From the NCBI GenBank assembly GCA_016288825.1, contig JAEELH010000061.1:2967-66966 (forward strand): a stretch of 64,000 bases of DNA, read 5' to 3'. The stretch is from Lachnospiraceae bacterium (GTDB lineage Bacteria; Bacillota; Clostridia; Lachnospirales; Lachnospiraceae). Made by a program: the position numbers and the translations under genes. Shown one piece after another: positions 31,863-41,421 of this stretch; within the stretch, counting starts at the first letter, position 1; each line of letters starts with the position of its first letter. The notes under the pieces were generated by a model. The model saw only the letters and a list, made by a program, of their open reading frames with translations. It did not search any database and was not told the DNA's origin.

Positions 31863-33173
31863 TCACTCTATTATCGCAAGTTCATGGGTAATACGATATC
31901 CGTTGGAACCCGGAGTGCGGGTCCAGTTGGAATCGATACGGTCTGTGACTACATCTATATTGACTTTGGCGGTTTCGAGTAGAAGTACCGTAAACTGGTT
32001 GGCTGATGACTGAGAAACCACATCACTTTGTCTGAGGGAGGACACAAGTACCTCCTGAAACTTTTCTGAGGCCTGATCGGAAGGAATATCCGTAGTGCCG
32101 TCTTCAGTGATAGAAAACAGCAGCATAAATACTTCCTTGTTGTAGTTTTTGCTCATACGTGCAAGGAACTGGTACAAAAGTTTGAATTGCTGGGATGAAA
32201 CGAAAAAGGCTCCCTTGGAGGGTGAGCGCTCGCTCATGATCCGGCATATCTTGGCGATATCGGATGAAGCGCCTGACTCGGTATCCGAAGCAGACGCAGC
32301 CTCATGGAAAAAGGCAAATCCATGCTTGCCGTTTTGCTTTACCTGATAGAGTGCTTTATCAGCCTTTTTATAAAGTTCATCAAAATCACGGCCCTCGTCG
32401 GGGCAGATAACACAACCTATGGAAGCGCCAAGGGGGATGGACATATCATCGCCCATAAGATCCCTGGCGGAAGAGAGCACCTGCTCATTGATATAGTTAC
32501 ATTTGTCCGCGATCACGGACTCGTCGGTAATATTTTGACAAAAAGCTATGAATTCATCGCCGCCCATGCGACCTACGATATCCGAGGTCCGTACGGCGCT
32601 TTTTATTATCTCGGCAAATCGGATAAGGACCCGGTCGCCCATATCATGTCCGTAGATGTCATTGACAGGCTTGAAACTGTCAAGATCGATCATCATAAGA
32701 ATACCCGAACTTTGGCGGCAGGCCGAACCAATCTCCTCCCTGGAGGAGGCTTTGTTGAAAAGACCGGTCATGGGATCTGTCTCGGCAGCTTTTTTAAGAC
32801 CTTCGATGCGATCTATGGTTTTTAATATATTGGCAATACGACGAAGCAGAACATCGGCGCGAAAGGGCTTGCGGATAAAGTCCATAGCACCGGAAGAAAA
32901 CCCCCTGGCCTCAGTATCGTCACTGTCGTCGGCAGTCATAAACATAAAGGGAACTGTCACGTTGTATCTGCTGTGAAGGGTCTCCAAAAGCTCATAGCCA
33001 TTCATGCCGGGCATGCGAAGATCCGACAGGATCATGTCAGGATACTCGCGGCCGAAGGCCTCCAAAGCTTCAGAAGGCGAAGAACAGCAGATGGTCTTAT
33101 ATTCTGAAGAAAGGATATGATCTGTCATCATAAGAGATATTTTTTCATCATCTACGATCATGATCTTTTTCAT
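31863..33173 (-). CDS. Response regulator diguanylate cyclase (REC-GGDEF + degenerate GGDEF-like tail)
   Basis: IVDDE and DLRMP receiver; DPMTGL; RTSD I-site before MGGDEF; GGAGG RBS before ATG 33173. Confidence 0.9.
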   Translation of the reverse strand: MKKIMIVDDEKISLMMTDHILSSEYKTICCSSPSEALEAFGREYPDMILSDLRMPGMNGYELLETLHSRYNVTVPFMFMTADDSDDTEARGFSSGAMDFIRKPFRADVLLRRIANILKTIDRIEGLKKAAETDPMTGLFNKASSREEIGSACRQSSGILMMIDLDSFKPVNDIYGHDMGDRVLIRFAEIIKSAVRTSDIVGRMGGDEFIAFCQNITDESVIADKCNYINEQVLSSARDLMGDDMSIPLGASIGCVICPDEGRDFDELYKKADKALYQVKQNGKHGFAFFHEAASASDTESGASSDIAKICRIMSERSPSKGAFFVSSQQFKLLYQFLARMSKNYNKEVFMLLFSITEDGTTDIPSDQASEKFQEVLVSSLRQSDVVSQSSANQFTVLLLETAKVNIDVVTDRIDSNWTRTPGSNGYRITHELAIIE

Positions 33174-33343
33174 AAGCAAAACCTCCTTTTTCAGATTATC
33201 ACAGAGCCTTTTTTTTTACAATTATTATACAGATTTTAATGACATTTTTGTAAAAGTCGGCTATACTTTTTTTGATACTATTTTTTTCGGTGTCGGGTAC
33301 ACTAGTGCATCCGTTCTGCACTAGCTCCCTAAGGAGGCCGTAT

Positions 33344-33685
33344 ATGGTAACGATCGATATTCTTAAGGAATTTGGAGCAAATACGGAGGAGGCACTTGCC
33401 AGATGCCTTGATAATGAGGAATTCTACCTTAAGCTTGTAGATATGGGCGTCCATGATGAAAAGTATGACCAGCTGGGAGAGCAGCTTCGTGCAGGGGATC
33501 TTGACAACGCGTTTGAGACCTGCCATGCCCTTAAGGGAGTACTTGCAAACCTTGCGCTTGGGCCTATCGGCGAGGTTGCCGATGAGATGACGGAGCTTTT
33601 GAGATCCCGGACGGAGGCAGATTATCTATCACTTTACAGCAGGTTGATCGAGGAGCGGCAAAGGCTTCTTTCAATGATGGATTGA
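33344..33685 (+). CDS. Stand-alone Hpt domain protein
   Basis: CHALKGVLANL Hpt motif; AAGGAGG RBS. Confidence 0.85.
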   Translation: MVTIDILKEFGANTEEALARCLDNEEFYLKLVDMGVHDEKYDQLGEQLRAGDLDNAFETCHALKGVLANLALGPIGEVADEMTELLRSRTEADYLSLYSRLIEERQRLLSMMD

Positions 33686-33712
33686 CAATTATCAGTATAG
33701 AGATGGGGCAGT

Positions 33713-34489
33713 ATGAGATTCAGACCATGTATTGACATTCACGACGGAAAAGTTAAGCAGATCATCGGGAGTACGCTTTCGGACGATGGAGGTGCCAGCG
33801 AGAATTTTGTTTCTCCCAGAGGAGCTGCGTTTTTTGCAAGATTTTATCGCAAGGAGGACCTGCCGGGCGGGCATCTTATCATTTTGAATAAGCGTGGCAC
33901 GCCAGAGTATGAGGCTTCTCTTGAGCAGGCTCGCAAAGCACTGGAGGCATATCCCGGAGGACTTATGGTGGGCGGAGGCATTACCGATGCCAATGCCGCT
34001 GATTTTATCGAGATGGGAGCATCCCATGTTATCGTTTCCTCTTTTGCTTTTTCCGATGGAGTTATCAGGGAGGATAATCTTAAGAGGCTCCTGGAGGTTT
34101 GCGGCAGGGAGCATATCTGTCTTGATCTTTCCGTTAAAAAGAAAAACTCACAGTATTATATCGTTACCGACCGTTGGCAGAAGTTCACAGAGCAGGTGCT
34201 TTCGGTTGATCTTTTGGAAAAACTCTCGGTTTATTGCAGCGAGTATCTGATACATGCCACAGATGTGGAGGGCAAGAGATCCGGTATGGATGAGGATCTC
34301 ATACGGATACTGGCAGACTATGAGGGCAATCCCGTTACCTATGCCGGTGGCGTAGGATCATATGATGATATTGATGTTTTAAGAGAGTTATCCGGCGGCA
34401 GGCTGGATGTTACCATTGGCAGCGCCCTTGATCTTTTCGGTGGTCCCCTTGAGTATGACCTGATCATGGAGAGGATATTGGAGGAGTGA
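33713..34489 (+). CDS. hisA: ProFAR isomerase, His6/eukaryotic-type family
   Basis: FRPCIDIHDGKVKQIIG, VGGGI, TDRWQK and TIGSALDLFGG motifs. Confidence 0.88.
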   Translation: MRFRPCIDIHDGKVKQIIGSTLSDDGGASENFVSPRGAAFFARFYRKEDLPGGHLIILNKRGTPEYEASLEQARKALEAYPGGLMVGGGITDANAADFIEMGASHVIVSSFAFSDGVIREDNLKRLLEVCGREHICLDLSVKKKNSQYYIVTDRWQKFTEQVLSVDLLEKLSVYCSEYLIHATDVEGKRSGMDEDLIRILADYEGNPVTYAGGVGSYDDIDVLRELSGGRLDVTIGSALDLFGGPLEYDLIMERILEE

Positions 34490-34490
34490 T

Positions 34491-35375
34491 ATGAGATTTA
34501 CAAAGATGCACGGTTGTGGCAATGATTATGTATATGTCAACGGAAGCCGGGAGAGCATTCAGGATCCTTCTTCCGCAGCCAGGTTTTTAAGTGACAGGCA
34601 TTTTGGAGTCGGTTCTGACGGACTTATCCTTATCAATCCCTCAGACAAGGCGGACTTTGAGATGGAGATGTACAATGCCGACGGTTCCAGAGGAGAGATG
34701 TGCGGCAATGGCATCAGGTGCGTTGCAAAGTTTGTTTATGACAAGGGACTTACGGAAAAGACTACCATAACCGTTGAGACTCTGGCCGGGATCAAGACTC
34801 TTGAGTTGAGGGTCAGCGGAGGCCTGGTACAGAGTGTCAGGGTGGATATGGGATCTCCGGTCTTTGATTGCAGGCAGATACCTGTTACATTTCCCGGTAA
34901 GCAGATGCTTGATGAGCCGCTGGAGGTAGATGGCAGTATCTTCAGGGTCAACTGTATTTCCATGGGCAACCCCCACTGTGTTATTTTTGTGGATGAGGAT
35001 GTTCGTGCCATTGATCTTCCCAGGGTAGGCCCCCTGTTTGAGAATCATGCGATCTTCCCCAAGAGGATCAACACCGAATTTGCCAATATCATAGACAGAG
35101 GTCATATCAGGATGAGAGTCTGGGAGCGGGGCAGCGGCGAGACCATGGCCTGCGGTACCGGTGCCTGTGCTACAGCTGTTGCGGCTATACTGGCAAACAG
35201 ATGCGATGAATCTGTGGAACTTCAACTTTTGGGCGGCAATCTTCAGATCGAATATGACAAGGAGGCAGACAAGGTTTATATGACCGGTCCTGCCACCACA
35301 GTATACGACGGAGAGATCTCTCTTCCCGACGAGTTTGAGAGGGATGACGTCAAGATCTACGAAAGAAGATCATAA
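34491..35375 (+). CDS. dapF: Diaminopimelate epimerase
   Basis: HGCGND, MCGNGIRC, MGNPH and ERGSGETMACGTG motifs. Confidence 0.96.
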   Translation: MRFTKMHGCGNDYVYVNGSRESIQDPSSAARFLSDRHFGVGSDGLILINPSDKADFEMEMYNADGSRGEMCGNGIRCVAKFVYDKGLTEKTTITVETLAGIKTLELRVSGGLVQSVRVDMGSPVFDCRQIPVTFPGKQMLDEPLEVDGSIFRVNCISMGNPHCVIFVDEDVRAIDLPRVGPLFENHAIFPKRINTEFANIIDRGHIRMRVWERGSGETMACGTGACATAVAAILANRCDESVELQLLGGNLQIEYDKEADKVYMTGPATTVYDGEISLPDEFERDDVKIYERRS

Positions 35376-36097
35376 TGAAAAAGCGTAGGAACAGGAAAAA
35401 TGCTTATCAAAAGCTGATCGTTCTCACACTTATGGTATCTCTTAGCGTGCTGGGTATCGTCTTTGTATGCTACGGGATCTATAATGACTATGAGAAGTCA
35501 AAAAAAGCGAAAAGCATAGAGGCGGAGGAACTCGAAGAGGAAGAAGAGGATGATGAGGCCGGATATGCACTTTCGGATGATGAGGTTTCCCTTGCTTGGG
35601 ATGAGGCTGTTATCTACATCGGAGACAGCAGATTTGTGGGCATGAATGATGTTTGTGGTATCTCTTCGGTTCCCGGGAGGTTTGTGGTCGCAGAGGTCGG
35701 TCAGGGTCATAAATGGCTGACTCAGGTTGCGCTTTCACAGGCAGAGTATATTGAGAGTACCAATCCCGGATACAGAAAGTTTTATTATGTGATCTGTCTG
35801 GGAGTCAATGACCTGGTCAATATTGATGAATATGTGGAGACCTACAAGCAGCTGGGCAGCACCAAGGATTTGATCCTGGTGTCCGTAGGACCGGTGGGAC
35901 CGTCTTCAGTTTTGACCAATGATCAGGTTGCTGAGTTTAACAGTACCATATCGTCTTTGGGATTCCCTTACATTGATTACAACAGTGTTCTCATGTCAGA
36001 GGGATTTTCGGCACCTGACGGGCTGCATTATGATGATGACACATATCGCAGGATCTATGATCTGATCAAAGTTGGACTGGGTGATAAGGATGAATGA
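35375..36097 (+). CDS. Membrane-anchored SGNH/GDSL hydrolase-like protein
   Basis: TM helix, acidic linker, IGDSR, LGVND and DGLHY motifs. Confidence 0.8.
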   Translation: MKKRRNRKNAYQKLIVLTLMVSLSVLGIVFVCYGIYNDYEKSKKAKSIEAEELEEEEEDDEAGYALSDDEVSLAWDEAVIYIGDSRFVGMNDVCGISSVPGRFVVAEVGQGHKWLTQVALSQAEYIESTNPGYRKFYYVICLGVNDLVNIDEYVETYKQLGSTKDLILVSVGPVGPSSVLTNDQVAEFNSTISSLGFPYIDYNSVLMSEGFSAPDGLHYDDDTYRRIYDLIKVGLGDKDE

Positions 36098-36866
36098 AAG
36101 TCAAAAGGGGGGACTTATCTTTGCTGTTGATGAGAGCCGGCTGTCGGATGACGAGAGGGCGGCTCTTGTCCGGCTTAGGGCAAGGAGCGGGGATTATCCT
36201 CACAGAGTCTGTATCTGTGACAATGTAAAAGACGGGGAGAGATATATATCGGAGGGGACACCGGTTATCGGGTATGAGACCGGCGGGTGTCGTCTCCCTT
36301 TTCATTATCTGCTTACTTCCTTCGATGGGGCGGATGAGGTTTATATCGAACACGTTTATAAAAGGTTTTTTGACATACCCTATGTGATGCTAAAGACAAA
36401 AAGGTGCATAGTTAGAGAGATCTGTATGAAGGATATGGATGCTCTTTTTACTCTGTACAGTTATCCCGGGATGACGGATCATGTGGAGCCCTTGTTTGAA
36501 AGGGCGGAGGAAGAGGATTACGAGAAAAAGTACATCTCCAATGTTTATGATCTTGTGGACTACGGGATGTGGGTGGTCTGTGACCGGGAGACAGGAGAAC
36601 TCATAGGACGAGCCGGACTTGAAGACAAGGGAAGGTACGAGGAGTACGGCTTGGCTCTGGGGTACATGATAAGGACAGACTACCAGAGGAGAGGACTGGC
36701 TACGGAGGTGTGCAAGTCGATCCTGGGGTATGCAATGACCAGGGGAGAGATGCGGTTTTACTGCGAGATCGATGAGGGGCATACGCCTTCAATAGGGCTG
36801 GCGGAGTCCCTTGGATTTATACATACCGATACCGGTATTTGGACGCTGTCAGTTGGGCATGTTTAA
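36090..36866 (+). CDS. GNAT (RimJ/RimL-type) acetyltransferase
   Basis: LIGRAG, LGYMI, YQRRGLATE and SIGLAESLGF motifs. Confidence 0.8.
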   Translation: MNESQKGGLIFAVDESRLSDDERAALVRLRARSGDYPHRVCICDNVKDGERYISEGTPVIGYETGGCRLPFHYLLTSFDGADEVYIEHVYKRFFDIPYVMLKTKRCIVREICMKDMDALFTLYSYPGMTDHVEPLFERAEEEDYEKKYISNVYDLVDYGMWVVCDRETGELIGRAGLEDKGRYEEYGLALGYMIRTDYQRRGLATEVCKSILGYAMTRGEMRFYCEIDEGHTPSIGLAESLGFIHTDTGIWTLSVGHV

Positions 36867-36868
36867 CA

Positions 36869-36897
36869 TTGATTTTGGAATTGTGCTTTGATATAAT
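36869..36897 (+). promoter_or_regulatory. Sigma-A promoter for rel operon
   Basis: TTGATT-17-TATAAT with extended TG. Confidence 0.7.
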
Positions 36898-36927
36898 CAT
36901 CAATTATATTTGGGAAAGGAGGATGCT

Positions 36928-39237
36928 ATGGCAGATTTATCAAGTGCAGAACTTAAAAAGCTTGAGCAGCAGATCGCAGATCAGAGCCGCAGCATCATCT
37001 CCACCCGTGATTTCGAGGAGCCGGAGGAGCTGTATGAGGAGCTCATAGATCGGATCAAAAAGTATCATCCCAGCGGTGATCTGGGCATGATCGAAAAGGC
37101 ATATCATATTGCCAGAGAAGCTCATGAGGGTCAGCTCCGTAAGTCGGGCGAGCCCTATATCATCCATCCCCTTTGTGTGGCTATCATCCTTGCGGATCTT
37201 GAGATGGACAAGGAGACTATAGTAGCGGGTATCCTTCACGATGTAGTAGAGGATACGGTTATGACCAGAGAGGAACTGTCTCAGGATTTTTCTGAGGAAG
37301 TTGCGGATCTGGTGGACGGGGTTACCAAGCTGACACAGTTGTCTTATGATGCGGACAAGGTTGAGCTTCAGGCTGAGAATCTCCGTAAGATGTTCCTTGC
37401 CATGGCCAAGGATATCAGGGTCATTATCATCAAGCTGGCAGACCGTCTTCACAACATGAGGACCCTCCAGTACATGATTCCTGAAAAGCAAAAGGAAAAG
37501 GCCCGTGAGACCATGGAGATCTATGCACCTCTTGCACAGAGGCTTGGTATATCCAAGGTCAAGATAGAGCTGGACGACCTTTCACTCAAGTACCTCAGGC
37601 CTTCGGCATACTATGATCTTGTGGAAAAGATAGCCATGAGAAAGACAGCCAGAGATGCCTATGTTGGCGGTCTTTGTGATGAGGTCAGGGGCTATATCGA
37701 GGATGCCGGGATAAAGGCCGAGATAGAGGGACGATCCAAGCACTTTTTCTCCATTTATAAAAAGATGGTCAACCAGAGCAAGACTCTGGATCAGATCTAT
37801 GACCTTTTTGCTATACGTATCATAGTCCAGGATGTTAAGGACTGTTACGCGGTACTGGGCGTTATTCATGAGAATTACACCCCGATTCCGGGCAGGTTCA
37901 AGGACTACATCGCCATGCCCAAGCCCAATATGTATCAGTCACTCCATACCACGCTGATAGGTCCAGGAGGAACTCCCTTTGAGATCCAGATCCGTACCTA
38001 TGAGATGCACCGTACCAGTGAGTACGGTATCGCAGCTCACTGGAAGTACAAGGAGAGCGGCGAGGGCTCTACCGTCAGGGGAGAGGAGGAAAAGCTTTCC
38101 TGGCTCAGACAGATCCTTGAGTGGCAGAGGGACATGTCAGACAACAGAGAGTTTGTCAGTCTTCTTAAGAATGACCTGAATCTGTTTTCGGACACCGTAT
38201 TTTGTTTCACCCCTACGGGAGATGTTAAAAATCTTCCCGCAGGTTCCACACCTATAGATTTTGCTTACAGCATCCATTCTGCAGTCGGTAACCGTATGGT
38301 CGGCGCCAAGGTCAACGGCCGGCTTGTACCTATCGAGTATCATATCCAGAATGGTGACCGGATAGAGATAATCACCTCCCAGAATTCCAGAGGACCCAGC
38401 CGTGACTGGCTTAAGATCGTTGCATCCACTCAGGCCAAGACCAAGATCAACCAGTGGTTCCGTAGCATCTCCAAGGAGGAAAACATAGCAAGAGGCCAGG
38501 AACTTCTTGCAGAGAGTGCCAAGTCCAAAAATGTTGATTTGGGATTGGTTAACAAGCCCAGGTATCAGGAGAGGGTCATGCGTAAGTACGGCTTCCATGA
38601 CTGGAATTCCGTGCTTTCTGCTATTGGTCAGGGCAGCCTCAAGGAAGGAGCCGTTGCCAATAAGCTTCAGGATGCATACAGGATGGAGCATCCCATCGAG
38701 GTTACGGATGAGGATGTTCTTGCTGCAGCAGACAAGGACGTGGACCTTCACCACAAGGAGTACGCCAAGAGTAAAAACGGCATCGTGGTCAAGGGTATCC
38801 AGGATCTTTCGGTACGTTTTTCAAAGTGTTGTAATCCAGTACCGGGAGACGAGATAGTAGGATTTGTGACCAGGGGACGTGGCGTTTCCATCCACAGGAC
38901 AGACTGTATCAACGTTATCAATCTTCCCGGAGATGAAAAGGACCGCCTTATAGATGCAGAGTGGCAGCCTGAGTTCTTACAGGAGCATAAGGGCGGATCA
39001 TATCTTACCACGGTCCATATTTACGGCAACAACAGGACAGGACTTTTGGTGGACATCTCCAAGATCTTCACTGAAAAGGGTATAGATATCCAGGCTATCA
39101 ACAGCCATACATCTAAGACAGGTGTAGTTACCATAGTTGTCTCCTTTGGAGTTGGAAGCAGAGACGAGCTTAAATCACTTGTTGAGCGCATCCGTTCCGT
39201 TGAGAGCATTCTGGATGTAGAGAGGACGACGGGCTGA
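36928..39237 (+). CDS. relA: Bifunctional (p)ppGpp synthetase/hydrolase Rel
   Basis: LHDVVED HD domain, RFKDYIA, YQSLHT, TGS and ACT domains. Confidence 0.96.
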   Translation: MADLSSAELKKLEQQIADQSRSIISTRDFEEPEELYEELIDRIKKYHPSGDLGMIEKAYHIAREAHEGQLRKSGEPYIIHPLCVAIILADLEMDKETIVAGILHDVVEDTVMTREELSQDFSEEVADLVDGVTKLTQLSYDADKVELQAENLRKMFLAMAKDIRVIIIKLADRLHNMRTLQYMIPEKQKEKARETMEIYAPLAQRLGISKVKIELDDLSLKYLRPSAYYDLVEKIAMRKTARDAYVGGLCDEVRGYIEDAGIKAEIEGRSKHFFSIYKKMVNQSKTLDQIYDLFAIRIIVQDVKDCYAVLGVIHENYTPIPGRFKDYIAMPKPNMYQSLHTTLIGPGGTPFEIQIRTYEMHRTSEYGIAAHWKYKESGEGSTVRGEEEKLSWLRQILEWQRDMSDNREFVSLLKNDLNLFSDTVFCFTPTGDVKNLPAGSTPIDFAYSIHSAVGNRMVGAKVNGRLVPIEYHIQNGDRIEIITSQNSRGPSRDWLKIVASTQAKTKINQWFRSISKEENIARGQELLAESAKSKNVDLGLVNKPRYQERVMRKYGFHDWNSVLSAIGQGSLKEGAVANKLQDAYRMEHPIEVTDEDVLAAADKDVDLHHKEYAKSKNGIVVKGIQDLSVRFSKCCNPVPGDEIVGFVTRGRGVSIHRTDCINVINLPGDEKDRLIDAEWQPEFLQEHKGGSYLTTVHIYGNNRTGLLVDISKIFTEKGIDIQAINSHTSKTGVVTIVVSFGVGSRDELKSLVERIRSVESILDVERTTG

Positions 39238-39244
39238 GTGTATT

Positions 39245-39883
39245 ATGACAGATCATGAGATAATGCATTTTGTTGTGGGCAGTGTCATGACAAACTGTTA
39301 TGTCATTGCCAATAAGGGATCCGGTGAATGCCTTGTTGTTGATCCCGGTGGATCCGGGGCAGCGTTGGCAGACAAGATAAGGGAGGCGGGATACAAACCC
39401 GTTGCCATCCTTACCACCCACGGACACTTTGATCATTGGGACGGTGTGGAAGCACTTAAGGCCGCTTTTGATCATGATATCCCTGTGTATATCCATGAGA
39501 AGGACAGGGAGACCCTGGGGGATCCCATGCTCAATGTTTCCGGATTATTCGGAGTAGGAAATCGTACTTACAAGGCAGATGTTTTTGTAAAGGACGATGA
39601 GATACTTCATCTGGCGGGATTTGAGATCAAAGTCATCTTTACCCCCGGACATACGGCCGGTGGCTGCTGCTATTATTTTCCGGAGGAGGGGCTGCTTTTT
39701 TCCGGAGATACTCTTTTCTGCCAGTCTGTCGGCAGGACCGATATGCCGGGAGGCAGTATGAGTGCGCTGGTAGCTTCTGTCAGGGACAGGCTTTTTGTGC
39801 TACCGGATGAGACCCAGGTTTTCCCGGGACATAATGAGACCACCACCATAGGATTTGAAAAGGAAAATAATTATTACGTATGA
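39245..39883 (+). CDS. MBL-fold metallo-hydrolase
   Basis: THGHFDH, TPGHT, SGDTLF and PGH motifs. Confidence 0.9.
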   Translation: MTDHEIMHFVVGSVMTNCYVIANKGSGECLVVDPGGSGAALADKIREAGYKPVAILTTHGHFDHWDGVEALKAAFDHDIPVYIHEKDRETLGDPMLNVSGLFGVGNRTYKADVFVKDDEILHLAGFEIKVIFTPGHTAGGCCYYFPEEGLLFSGDTLFCQSVGRTDMPGGSMSALVASVRDRLFVLPDETQVFPGHNETTTIGFEKENNYYV

Positions 39884-41355
39884 TAGAGATCATTTTTAAC
39901 AGCCTTGATTTCGAAAATGATATAGGCCCGCTTGTGCGGGCTTTTTTTCCGTCTGAAAAGGTGGAGATAAGAACGGATGAGGCAGCAGGCGCAGAAGATC
40001 CTCAAAAGAAGCTGTTTGTTACATTTGATGAGGGAAGCAGCGTCACTTTGAAGTGGGAGGGAGAAAAGCCCGCGGTAGATTCCATACCATGGAGTGATGA
40101 GCGGATCGAACTTAAGAACAGGATCAAGCGCAGCCTTTATCACATGCTCTCACAGGAAACAGGAAAAGATCTTCCCTGGGGAGCCCTTACCGGGATACGT
40201 CCTGTCAAGCTGGCGCTGACAGCCATGATGGAAGGGAAAAAAGAGGAGGATATAAAGACTCTTTTGCAAAGTGAGTATCTGGTTTCGGATGAAAAGACCG
40301 GGGTGGCTCTTTCTGTTGCAAAAAAGGAGGCTTCACTTCTTACGGATATAGACAGGAATGAGACCTATAGCCTGTATGTGGGAGTACCTTTTTGCCCCAC
40401 CATATGCCTTTACTGTTCCTTTGCATCTAGTCCGATATCGGAATTCTCGGGAAGAGTGGAAGCCTATATAGAGGCTCTAAAGGCAGAACTCACAGCAGCT
40501 TGTGATATGATGCGCCATAAGCGGCTGGTGTCCGTATATTTCGGAGGAGGGACACCTACGTCGCTTTCTGCCGAGGGTATCTCGTATATCATGGATCATA
40601 TCATCAAAAACTTTGATCTTTCTCATCTTCGGGAATGGACGGTGGAGGCGGGCCGGCCCGACAGTATAGATGAGGCAAAGCTTTTGGCTATTAAGGAGCG
40701 ATGGGAGGCAGCAGGCTACCGCATCGGAAGGCTGTCCATCAACCCGCAGACCATGAACCAGAAGACTCTGGATCTCATAGGAAGAAGACATACCACGGAG
40801 GATATCGTCAGGGCTTTTGAAACGGCCAGAAGGATAGGGATAGATAACATCAATACGGATATCATCCTGGGCCTGCCCGAGGAGACCATAGATGATGTGA
40901 GGCATACTGCTGATGAGATCATAAATCTTTCTCCCGAGAATCTGACAGTACATTCCCTTGCCATGAAGACAAAATCCAGACTCAGCCTTCAGTGGGATGA
41001 GTGGAGAAATTATACTTACCGCAACGGTGACGGCATTATGGCGGTTGCCAGAGGAGCCGCCGAAAAAATGGGGATGGAGCCATACTATCTCTATCGCCAG
41101 AAAAACATGGCGGGAAACCTTGAAAACACCGGATATGCCATCCCCGGAAAAGAAGGACTTTACAATATGCTCATTATGGAACAATGGCATGATATCATGG
41201 CAGTAGGAGCCGGAGCGGCCAGCCGAAAGATGTATTATGACAATGAGATGGGATCCTGGCAGAGTAGGCGCTGCGAAAATGTCAAAAACATTGATGAATA
41301 CATAAAAAGAATAGAGGAAATGGAAGACAGAAAACGCATGATTTTCTTGAAATGA
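39880..41355 (+). CDS. hemZ: Radical-SAM coproporphyrinogen oxidase-like HemZ
   Basis: PWGALTGIRP, CPTICLYC, GGGTPT, VEAGRPDS and YYLYRQK motifs. Confidence 0.9.
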   Translation: MIEIIFNSLDFENDIGPLVRAFFPSEKVEIRTDEAAGAEDPQKKLFVTFDEGSSVTLKWEGEKPAVDSIPWSDERIELKNRIKRSLYHMLSQETGKDLPWGALTGIRPVKLALTAMMEGKKEEDIKTLLQSEYLVSDEKTGVALSVAKKEASLLTDIDRNETYSLYVGVPFCPTICLYCSFASSPISEFSGRVEAYIEALKAELTAACDMMRHKRLVSVYFGGGTPTSLSAEGISYIMDHIIKNFDLSHLREWTVEAGRPDSIDEAKLLAIKERWEAAGYRIGRLSINPQTMNQKTLDLIGRRHTTEDIVRAFETARRIGIDNINTDIILGLPEETIDDVRHTADEIINLSPENLTVHSLAMKTKSRLSLQWDEWRNYTYRNGDGIMAVARGAAEKMGMEPYYLYRQKNMAGNLENTGYAIPGKEGLYNMLIMEQWHDIMAVGAGAASRKMYYDNEMGSWQSRRCENVKNIDEYIKRIEEMEDRKRMIFLK

Positions 41356-41421
41356 GGAGGTAGGTTTGGTAGAATAAAGGATAGTTTTAAATGAATATAT
41401 AAAAGGGAAGGAGAAAGTCTA

